From assembly GCA_964635655.1 (NCBI GenBank), contig CAZWOC010000003.1, positions 13,751 to 77,750 on the forward strand: 64,000 bases of DNA. The letters are read 5' to 3'. The notes beneath the pieces were generated by a model. The model saw only the letters and a list, made by a program, of their open reading frames with translations, was not told the DNA's origin and made no database searches. The first letter of the stretch is position 1, and every line of letters starts with the position of its first letter. A program made the position numbers and the translations under genes. This document shows, in pieces, positions 1 to 8,014 of the stretch. The stretch is from an uncultured Rikenella sp. Its GTDB lineage: Bacteria > Bacteroidota > Bacteroidia > Bacteroidales > VadinHA17.

Positions 1-416
1 AGGACGACGATAATTTCGTGAAGCTGATGTTCAGGGCTGTTATCAAGACCACCCGGGCAAGGGGAGTTCAACCCGGCACCATCGACCTGGTTATGGAAGA
101 AAACGGCATCGCAAAATCACTTGCGACATTCAATCTCAAAAATGAGATCATCGGCGACAATGCATTGAATCTTAAACTGGAGAAAAAAGGAGGTGCCTAC
201 ACGGCTTATTATTCACTTGACGGTACGACTTACGAATTGCTCGGAACAGCCAATTTGCTGCTGAAAGACATCAGGGCAGGCCTGATAGTATGCGATGGTA
301 TCGTGGCTCAGTACATGAAAAGCACCTACTGGTTCGATTCTGATACGACAAAGCCGGGCACACCGTTCAATGTATCGTTCGATTACTTCCGCATAAAGAA
401 CAGCGGATTGAAATAA
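1..416 (+). CDS. C-terminal fragment of a glycoside hydrolase (5' end outside the window). It has a concanavalin-like beta-sandwich of the kind found at the C-terminus of GH43 xylosidases/arabinofuranosidases.
   Basis: The frame is open from nt 3 (DDDNFVKLMF...), so the track's M at 18 is internal. The protein ends ...PFNVSFDYFRIKNSGLK*. The FDYFRI-type ending and beta-rich composition are what I recall from GH43 C-terminal lectin-like domains. The family call is recollection only. Confidence 0.4.
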   Translation, partial: DDDNFVKLMFRAVIKTTRARGVQPGTIDLVMEENGIAKSLATFNLKNEIIGDNALNLKLEKKGGAYTAYYSLDGTTYELLGTANLLLKDIRAGLIVCDGIVAQYMKSTYWFDSDTTKPGTPFNVSFDYFRIKNSGLK

Positions 417-444
417 TTAACTGAAAAACTGAATAATACCAGCT

Positions 445-1644
445 ATGAAAAAACTGTTGTATGTATTGCTGCTCATGTCATTTTGTGCAGCCGGGTTTGC
501 ACAGGAAGCTGTTTTTCCTGAAGGGACAAAACCGGCATCCACCAACATTCCGGGCGCTGATTATCCCCGGATCGACTCTCTGAGCAGAGTTCATTTCCGG
601 CTACGTGCTCCTGATGCGACAAGTGTCTCGGTGAGCCTCGGCAATGTTGCGCTTACAAAAGGCGAGGATGGTTTCTGGACAGGCGTAACGAAGCCTCAGG
701 ACCCCGGTTTCCATTATTACACCCTTAAAATTAACGGTGTCGATGTGGCTGATCCGTCAAGCGAGACCTTTTTCGGTGCCAGCCGGGTTATGAGCGGCAT
801 CGAAATTCCGGAGAAAGGAGTCGATTTTTATGACATAAAAAATGTGCCTCATGGTGAGGTTCGTTCATTCTATTATTGGTCCAAAACCTTTGGCGAAACC
901 CGCCATGCCTATATCTATACACCACCCGGTTACGACAGGGATAAAAAGAAACGTTATCCGGTGCTCTATCTGCAGCATGGCATGGGTGAAGACCGGCGTG
1001 CATGGCCAACCCAGGGACGCACCAACTTCATTCTCGACAACCTGCTTGCGGAAGGCAAGGTGAAACCTGTGATTGTGGTGATGGAAGACGGCGGAATTGC
1101 AAGAGGGTTCGGAACTCCTATCCGCGACAAATCCGGCAAAATCCTGCCCCAGCCACAGGGTCAGGGCCCTGGCCGAAGGGGAGGTCCGGGACAGGGTCCA
1201 AATTTCTGGGATGAATTTACCGAAACCATAATCACTGACGTGATCCCTGCCGTGGACGAACATTTCAGAACCTTAACCAACCGTGAAAACCGTGCTATAG
1301 CTGGTCTTTCACTCGGCGGCACTCAGACGTACCAGATTTCACAGGCCAATCTTGACAAGTTTGCCAATATCGGTGTCCTGAGCGCCCCGTTCGGATTCCC
1401 CGGCGTTGAAACCGGCTATAATGGATTACTTGCAAAACCGGATGAGTTTAACAAACTGGTGAAGGTATTTTTCATCAGCATGGGGTCGAAAGAAGGTCCG
1501 AATTCAGGACGTGCCATCCACGAGACTCTTGACAAGGCAGGAATAAAAAATGTGTATTACGAAGCGCCAGGCACCGCTCATGAATTTCAGACCTGGCGTA
1601 AAAGCCTTTATTATTTTGCCCAGCTTTTATTTCAGAACAAATAA
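445..1644 (+). CDS. secreted alpha/beta-hydrolase esterase (CE1 / 'putative esterase' family, feruloyl or acetyl-xylan esterase-like) with an N-terminal Ig-like domain
   Basis: Signal peptide MKKLLYVLLLMSFCAAGFAQ. N-terminal E-set-like module (VHFRLRAPDATSVSV...FWTG...YYTLKINGV). PVLYLQHG, serine-nucleophile motif GLSLGG, and C-terminal GTAHEF. It is a paralog of the next gene. Confidence 0.8.
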   Translation: MKKLLYVLLLMSFCAAGFAQEAVFPEGTKPASTNIPGADYPRIDSLSRVHFRLRAPDATSVSVSLGNVALTKGEDGFWTGVTKPQDPGFHYYTLKINGVDVADPSSETFFGASRVMSGIEIPEKGVDFYDIKNVPHGEVRSFYYWSKTFGETRHAYIYTPPGYDRDKKKRYPVLYLQHGMGEDRRAWPTQGRTNFILDNLLAEGKVKPVIVVMEDGGIARGFGTPIRDKSGKILPQPQGQGPGRRGGPGQGPNFWDEFTETIITDVIPAVDEHFRTLTNRENRAIAGLSLGGTQTYQISQANLDKFANIGVLSAPFGFPGVETGYNGLLAKPDEFNKLVKVFFISMGSKEGPNSGRAIHETLDKAGIKNVYYEAPGTAHEFQTWRKSLYYFAQLLFQNK

Positions 1645-1661
1645 TCTATAATTAACTACAG

Positions 1662-2846
1662 ATGAAGTATTTGATTTCAATCCTCGGGTTTGCATTATTA
1701 ATGCCCTTCGGATTAAGGGCGCAGCAGTCCAACGTGAATCTCGATTACAATCCGCAAAAGGATACCGAAGGCCTGATCCCGTTCAGCGCTAATGTGAATT
1801 CGCCCGAGGTACGCGACGACAATACAGTTACTTTCCGGTTGAAAGCTCCCAATGCACAGAAGGTTGTCCTGCCGGTCGAGGCAATCCACACATCCAATAA
1901 CCTTGGCAGAGAGCCTATTCCTTTTACAAAGGGGGACGATGGCGTCTGGACGCTTACAATAGGGCCGCTAAAACCGGATATGTATTCCTATCATTTCAAC
2001 GTGGATGGCGTTCAGATTCCCGACCCGAACAATACTTATGCAGCTTTTACGGCCATGCCGCCTTACAGTGAGCTGATCGTCCATGGCGACGGGCCGGCAT
2101 ATTACGACGCCCGGAATGTTCCTCACGGAACCGTTACGCGTCATGTTTATCATTCGGAAGTGACAAACGGCGAGCGTGAGCTTTACGTTTACACTCCTCC
2201 GTCCTATAACCCGAAAAAGAAATATCCGGTTCTGTACCTGCTGGGCGGGAGCGGCGAACTCCCGTCCAACTGGGTGTTCGACGGAAGAGCCAATTTTATC
2301 CTGGACAACCTCCTGGCTGAAGGGAAAGCTGTTCCGATGATTATTGCAATCCCCAACAACCAGGTTATTCACCGGAATCATCCCAGGCATACCGAACTGA
2401 CATTTGATATTCTTGAAAAGGAACTGCGGAATCATGTAATCCCGCTGGTCGATAAGTCTTACAGCACAATCAGGTCACCGAAAGGCAGGGCTATCTCAGG
2501 TTTGTCGATGGGAGGCCGTCACAGCATGTATATCGGATTTCGTTCGCTCGACCTGTTTGCCAATTTCGGCATTCTCAGCGCCGGTGACACGAATGCGGAA
2601 ACCTCGCTGGCACAGTTTCTGAATGATCCGGAAGTAAATGACAAGGTAGATTACCTGTTTGTCGGTCAGGGTACTGAAGAGGCAAAAGGTTTTATGGGGC
2701 AAAGATGCCTGGTTCTGCATGAAGCCCTCGTAAAACATAACATCGAACATGAGTATTATACGGGCGGTCACGGGGGTCACGACTGGGCCACTTGGCGGCA
2801 CCTGCTGTACTACAAGTTTTTACCAAACCTCTGGAGAAGCAAATAA
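1662..2846 (+). CDS. secreted alpha/beta-hydrolase esterase, paralog of the preceding gene
   Basis: Signal peptide MKYLISILGFALLMPFGLRAQ. Same architecture as the preceding gene (VTFRLKAPNAQKVVL...VWTLT...YSYHFNVDGV; PVLYLLGG; GLSMGG; GGHGGHDW). Shared block FILDNLLAEGK. Confidence 0.8.
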   Translation: MKYLISILGFALLMPFGLRAQQSNVNLDYNPQKDTEGLIPFSANVNSPEVRDDNTVTFRLKAPNAQKVVLPVEAIHTSNNLGREPIPFTKGDDGVWTLTIGPLKPDMYSYHFNVDGVQIPDPNNTYAAFTAMPPYSELIVHGDGPAYYDARNVPHGTVTRHVYHSEVTNGERELYVYTPPSYNPKKKYPVLYLLGGSGELPSNWVFDGRANFILDNLLAEGKAVPMIIAIPNNQVIHRNHPRHTELTFDILEKELRNHVIPLVDKSYSTIRSPKGRAISGLSMGGRHSMYIGFRSLDLFANFGILSAGDTNAETSLAQFLNDPEVNDKVDYLFVGQGTEEAKGFMGQRCLVLHEALVKHNIEHEYYTGGHGGHDWATWRHLLYYKFLPNLWRSK

Positions 2847-2857
2847 CATAAACAGGC

Positions 2858-4420
2858 ATGAAAGCATTTATTCTTTCGATAGCTATAGCGGTCACGGTTT
2901 TAATGACCGGATGCTCGAAACTTCTGCCTGAGCAGGTAAAAGTAGAACAGGGAATAGTGCAGGGCACGATCGAGGATAGCCTGCGAGTATTCAGGGGAAT
3001 CCCCTTTGCCGCACCGCCGGTAGGTGATCTGCGCTGGAAAGCGCCGCAGCCGGCACCCGCATGGGAGGGGATCAAAATGACCACGAAATTTGCACCGGCT
3101 GCTTTTCAGGGAGGGAACCCGCCTTCGGGGAAAAGTGAAGATTGCCTGTACCTGAATATCTGGACACCGGCAAAATCTGCTAAGGAGAAAGTCCCTGTGC
3201 TGGTCTGGATTTACGGCGGCGGATTCAGTTTCGGCTCCACCTCCGACCCGGTTCACAACGGTGAACACCTCGCCCGTAAGGGCGTTGTGCTGGTCAGTAT
3301 AGCCTATCGTGTCGGTCAGCTCGGTTTCCTGGCCCATCCTGAGTTAAGCGCAGAAAATCCGGATAAAGTCTCGGGGAACTACGGTTTGCTCGATATGATA
3401 GCCGGCCTGCAATGGATTCAGAAGAATATTGCTGCCTTCGGAGGCGACCCAAATAAGGTTACAATTTTCGGGGAATCGGCCGGAGGAATTGCAGTGAGCA
3501 TGTTATGTGCATCACCGCTGGCAGGTGGTTTGTTTCACGGCGCCATATCGCAAAGTGGAGGTTCCTTTGGGCCAACCCGTCCTACAACCTACCCGGGCGA
3601 AAACATGAAAACACTTCAACAGGCGGAACAGGAGGGTGTCGAATATGTCCGGAATGCAGGCGTTGCTTCTATTGCCGATCTGCGCAAAATTGAGCCTGAC
3701 AGCCTTCCCATGGGAATGGGCATGGGTGGCGCATGGCCAATTGTCGACGGGGTTGTAATTCCCGACGACCAGTACCTTTTATATGAAGCAGGAAAGTACA
3801 ATGATGTTCCGATCCTGGTGGGGTATAATTCTGACGAGGGAGCGAGTTTTTCAAGGGAAAGAACACCTGAAGAATATTTCGCCGGTGTCAGGGCCCGGTA
3901 TGGGAAGTATGCCGATGACCTGATAAAAGCCTATCCTGCCGCGGAGACATCGGTTCCGAAGACAGCCCGTGACCTGTCACGTGATGCCGCCTTTGGCTGG
4001 CAGACATGGATCTGGGCACGGCTTCAGTCGGGAACCGGGAAATCAAAGGTCTTCTATTACTATTTCGACCAGCACCCCGATTATCCCGAAGATTCACCGA
4101 GGTACGGCTATGGTTCTCCGCACGGCCAGGATGTAGTGTACGTTTTCATGCACCTCGACAAATCGAAACCGGAGACCACAGAATCAGACCTTGCAATTTC
4201 TGAAGCTATGGGAACCTACTGGACCAATTTTGCAAAGTACGGTGATCCAAACGGTCCGGGAGTCCCGGAGTGGCCTGCTTTCAGCGATTCAAATCCCCGG
4301 GTAATGATCCTTGGGCCAACACCGCATATAGGCTCTGTCCCCAGTGCAGAATCGCTTGAAGTCCTCGACGGCTATTTCAGGTGGAGACGCACTGAGGAAG
4401 GCAAAGAGTGGGCGAAATAA
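2858..4420 (+). CDS. carboxylesterase type B (para-nitrobenzyl-esterase-like) lipoprotein
   Basis: Lipobox LMTGC. Canonical type-B carboxylesterase motifs EDCLYLNIWTP and FGESAGG. PVLVWIYGGGF oxyanion region. Confidence 0.9.
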   Translation: MKAFILSIAIAVTVLMTGCSKLLPEQVKVEQGIVQGTIEDSLRVFRGIPFAAPPVGDLRWKAPQPAPAWEGIKMTTKFAPAAFQGGNPPSGKSEDCLYLNIWTPAKSAKEKVPVLVWIYGGGFSFGSTSDPVHNGEHLARKGVVLVSIAYRVGQLGFLAHPELSAENPDKVSGNYGLLDMIAGLQWIQKNIAAFGGDPNKVTIFGESAGGIAVSMLCASPLAGGLFHGAISQSGGSFGPTRPTTYPGENMKTLQQAEQEGVEYVRNAGVASIADLRKIEPDSLPMGMGMGGAWPIVDGVVIPDDQYLLYEAGKYNDVPILVGYNSDEGASFSRERTPEEYFAGVRARYGKYADDLIKAYPAAETSVPKTARDLSRDAAFGWQTWIWARLQSGTGKSKVFYYYFDQHPDYPEDSPRYGYGSPHGQDVVYVFMHLDKSKPETTESDLAISEAMGTYWTNFAKYGDPNGPGVPEWPAFSDSNPRVMILGPTPHIGSVPSAESLEVLDGYFRWRRTEEGKEWAK

Positions 4421-4534
4421 TCTTCTTCCCAGGTAGTTATACTGCTATTATTGAGAAATATTCATGGGAATTTATATTAAGACTCAGGATTTCTCATGTC
4501 CTTAACAGAATAATCCGGGAGCCGGGTTTTGAAC

Positions 4535-7498
4535 TCAGAACTTCATACCATTATTGAAGTCCCTTTCTTTCAGACAACGGCTGAAATAGTCTGCTATGAA
4601 CCTGTTGGAAAGCAACTCCGATAACTTGGCAAGCCGGGCCTCCTGAAACGAATACTGCGTTTCATTGATTATTGGTTCATAAAGATTCTGGGCAAGCATT
4701 AAATCAATCGCAAGGCAGGGGCCAATTCCAAGTTTATCCTGAAAATTTGCCTTTCTTTTCAGGGCACCGGCTGAATAATAATCTACATAATAAGTATCAC
4801 TGTATGCACGTGATAATCTTTCTATATTATCTCCCCACTTGTTGCAGAATTCAGTGTATTTTGCCGGAATTCCTGATTTTTCGAATTCGAGATATTTGTT
4901 GATAATGGACCGATCTTCCCGGGAAAATTCCGCCCCTGTTTTTTCCAGGTATTCAAGTACCATTGGGAAGTCAATCATTGTTTCGTGCCGTTCTCTTCTG
5001 AAGTTCCGCATGATATCATCGGCGTAAGTTCCGAAAAACCTGTTGATCTCTTCGGAATTGTCTGTCCAGAATTGCTGCCAGGGAGTAAAAATTTCAGTGA
5101 CAGCTGTTCCTGTAACAGCGTTCGCAAACAGTTGATCTTCATCTGAAATGGGGTATCCTGCTATTTTAAGTTTTCGTACCAGATCAATTAAGGAATGATT
5201 TCCGGCAACAGCTATGAAATCATCTCCGGGCCGGGTTATGGCAATATTCTTGAAACTGTGTAAAAAAGCATCGTAATTTTTACTGTAAAACCCTACAGGA
5301 TTATTTAAAAGATCTTCAGTCAGAAAATCAAAATAACCCGGCGTAAGCGGCTCCACATCTAAAGGTATTTCCATTACCGGTGTACTGAGATTGTTTTGCT
5401 CCCTGTAGGCACTTCTGTAATACCAGTCATAGTCGAGGATGTGTGATGCGTAAATATATTCCATATCCATCCGGGCTATCTGGTAGGCCTTTGTACAAAA
5501 CTTATGCTCTTTAGTGATTGAATCCAGTGCTTTAATATCTCTTTCAAGGTTTTGAAGACAGGTGGATTTGTATTCCTCCGGCGACTGGTGGACTATGTTT
5601 TTTCTCATTTCATTGTAATCGAAACTGTTTACGTCCTTAAGAAGATCAAGATCGTAATTAAGCCGGGCAGATTCACCGGAATATTCTGAGGTATTTGTAC
5701 AGAGATCTATTAACTGGAAGATACTCTTCCCTGGCTCAAGAAACACAGATCCGCTAAAGGGTAATATTTCCATCCTGGCAGTCTGAGGATACGGGAGCGG
5801 AACTTTCTCAGAAAAGCTGCCGTCAGCCGCGATGTCAATTACATATCCATAGCCAGTCCCGGTAACGAGGTTTTTGAAGACCAGGAAAAATGAGTTTCCT
5901 AATATTTCCGGCTTGTAGCCTTTGATAAATCCGCTATATAGTGCAGTATCTTCCCTGAATAAGGGTTGGTCAAACGGGGTAGTGTCTGCAGAACCTGTGA
6001 TTTTTAATGACGGATCCTTCCTGATGTATGATACCAATTCCTCAGGAGATTCGCCAGCCAGAAACTTGTTTCCTTTCTTTCTGGCATACATCTTAACTGT
6101 GGACTGATCATGCCTTAGCACAAACGATCCTTTTCCATTTTTAGAATCGACCTGCTCATAACTCCATACCTGATTCCTGTAAATGGCATTGTCATGGAAA
6201 AGACTTAACTCCCAGGCACCTGTTGAATTATTGAACCAGTTGCCGGAAATTTCTTCCGGTATAGATGAAGCAGCCTGCTCCGGCTTGAGTCTTATACCGG
6301 TGATTATCCATTTGGATTCCACAAAATCAATTAAATCAGCCTGCTCGTCCAATGCGGGGAAAATCAACCTATAATCCAGTTCTCCGGATTCAGGCATGTA
6401 GTGCCGCTTACCCAGGGGTATGCCCTCAGCCCCGGAGACAAGTAATTTCGTATTTGAATTTCGAGACCGTATATAGGTCCCAGTCGGAATCTCAATCCAC
6501 CATCCGGGGGTAAAGCTGACATGAAAATGGATTACTGTTGAGGTCGGCTTTAGTTCAATTTTGCTGATTCTGACATAGTTTACCGAACTTGATTCGTAAT
6601 CGGGATTATAAATGATTGTCTTAGAATTTGTCTTCGTTGCACAGGCAACCATTATTCCCGCAAAAACAGGTATGATCAGAATGTTTTTCAACGTTGCACT
6701 CCTTGGAGTTGGCATTTTGTTTATCATGTTCAACCGTTCTCTTATAGATATGTTGAAATTATGGGCCAAGGAAAGACTTTTCATTTCAGATTGAAAATCC
6801 AGCAGCCGGTATTGGTAGGATTTTTTATTCCCGGTAATTCTGATAGATGCCTGATCTGCAAGATATTCATTGTTAAGCACCACAGATTTTTTCAAAAACC
6901 AGGTTACGGGATTAAACCACTGAAATGCTATTATCAGTTCGCATAAGATAAGGTCAAAAGTGTGACCCTGCCTTAGATGTGCAAACTCATGTTCAAGAAG
7001 GTCAGAGTAGTCCCCGTTGTCAGAAACTTTTGAGGGAATTACGACATACGGAAAAAACGAAAAGGGCGGAATATCAGCACTGGTCTCAACTACAAGCGGG
7101 AACTGCCTCTTTTTTAATTTCCCCTTGCTGATTAAACGATGGGTGCTGATGACCCGTATAATCAGTCGTGTTACCAGGGCTATTGAGACAGCCCAATAAA
7201 CAATTGTCAGCAACGCGCTAATACTGATCGGGCCATTGTCAGCCGGAATTTTTGTATCAATTGCCTGTGCCTGACCGGCGAAGCTGCCCGGTTGAAGTAC
7301 CTGGCTCCCTGTGGACTCTATTTCATTTGTAATTGATATCCTGATAGCTGGCATAACAAGCGGTAGCAATAATATCAGCAACAGCAGAATCCTGTTCCTC
7401 TGATAAAAAGTATCTTTCCTGAAAAGCAGCAGAAAAACCAGATATAGGACAGTTGTGGCCAATGAAACACTTAACAGGTATTCAAACAGGTTATTCAT
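4535..7498 (-). CDS. BlaR1-like M56 family membrane metalloprotease/sensor with a ~700-aa C-terminal extracytoplasmic domain of unknown type
   Basis: N-terminal TM helices. HExxH zinc motif in HEFAHLRQGH. A further TM (ILIIPVFAGIMVACA) is followed by a long beta-rich then helix-rich region with no SxxK/penicillin-binding motifs seen. There is an 8-nt start/stop overlap with the upstream blaI-like gene. Confidence 0.8.
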   Translation of the reverse strand: MNNLFEYLLSVSLATTVLYLVFLLLFRKDTFYQRNRILLLLILLLPLVMPAIRISITNEIESTGSQVLQPGSFAGQAQAIDTKIPADNGPISISALLTIVYWAVSIALVTRLIIRVISTHRLISKGKLKKRQFPLVVETSADIPPFSFFPYVVIPSKVSDNGDYSDLLEHEFAHLRQGHTFDLILCELIIAFQWFNPVTWFLKKSVVLNNEYLADQASIRITGNKKSYQYRLLDFQSEMKSLSLAHNFNISIRERLNMINKMPTPRSATLKNILIIPVFAGIMVACATKTNSKTIIYNPDYESSSVNYVRISKIELKPTSTVIHFHVSFTPGWWIEIPTGTYIRSRNSNTKLLVSGAEGIPLGKRHYMPESGELDYRLIFPALDEQADLIDFVESKWIITGIRLKPEQAASSIPEEISGNWFNNSTGAWELSLFHDNAIYRNQVWSYEQVDSKNGKGSFVLRHDQSTVKMYARKKGNKFLAGESPEELVSYIRKDPSLKITGSADTTPFDQPLFREDTALYSGFIKGYKPEILGNSFFLVFKNLVTGTGYGYVIDIAADGSFSEKVPLPYPQTARMEILPFSGSVFLEPGKSIFQLIDLCTNTSEYSGESARLNYDLDLLKDVNSFDYNEMRKNIVHQSPEEYKSTCLQNLERDIKALDSITKEHKFCTKAYQIARMDMEYIYASHILDYDWYYRSAYREQNNLSTPVMEIPLDVEPLTPGYFDFLTEDLLNNPVGFYSKNYDAFLHSFKNIAITRPGDDFIAVAGNHSLIDLVRKLKIAGYPISDEDQLFANAVTGTAVTEIFTPWQQFWTDNSEEINRFFGTYADDIMRNFRRERHETMIDFPMVLEYLEKTGAEFSREDRSIINKYLEFEKSGIPAKYTEFCNKWGDNIERLSRAYSDTYYVDYYSAGALKRKANFQDKLGIGPCLAIDLMLAQNLYEPIINETQYSFQEARLAKLSELLSNRFIADYFSRCLKERDFNNGMKF

Positions 7499-7859
7499 TG
7501 TCTTGCTTCTTTTCGATGATTTCTATCAGAGATTTCAAATCCTCCGTACTGAGCTTCCTGTCATTCACGAAATAGGAAACAACATTACGGTACGATGAGT
7601 CGAAGTATCGTTTTACGATATTTTTCATCTGTGCGTTCCTGTAGTCTTCCTTTGTAATTATTGCAAAGTACTCATGGGTTTTTCCGTATGATTTATGATC
7701 AACAAAACCTTTCTTTTCAAGGATTCTTACAATTGATGAAACAGTTGTGTAGGGCAGATCAGGCACCGGCAACCTGGGTATGATATCATTGACCAGTACC
7801 TTTCCCGACTCCCAGATAACCGACATCACTTCTTCTTCTCTTTTTGTTAGTCCTTTCAT
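7491..7859 (-). CDS. BlaI/MecI/CopY family winged-helix transcriptional repressor
   Basis: MKGLTKREEEVMSVIW...TTVSSIVRILEKKGFV is typical of the family. The track ORF starts at 7910, but the family-typical N-terminus begins at the ATG at 7859. It overlaps the M56 gene by 8 nt. Confidence 0.85.
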   Translation of the reverse strand: MKGLTKREEEVMSVIWESGKVLVNDIIPRLPVPDLPYTTVSSIVRILEKKGFVDHKSYGKTHEYFAIITKEDYRNAQMKNIVKRYFDSSYRNVVSYFVNDRKLSTEDLKSLIEIIEKKQDNE

Positions 7860-7908
7860 GTTGAGAAATATTTGCAGCAGCAATATAAAACGTATTATTG
7901 AGTTTAAC

Positions 7909-7924
7909 AACGTAAAAGTACGTT
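7909..7924. promoter_or_regulatory. candidate operator: perfect 6-4-6 inverted repeat AACGTA-AAAG-TACGTT upstream of the blaI-like gene
   Basis: Read directly. A third AACGTA half-site lies at 7889-7894. The palindrome is 50-65 nt upstream of the ATG at 7859. BlaI/MecI/CopY repressors bind dyad operators in their own promoters. Confidence 0.35.
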
Positions 7925-8014
7925 AAATAACGCAAACATGCTTATTTATTTTCTTTCTAAATAAGGAAGATCGGAAATAACGTCAAATAAATCAGATCTG
8001 TCGGGAGATGAATT

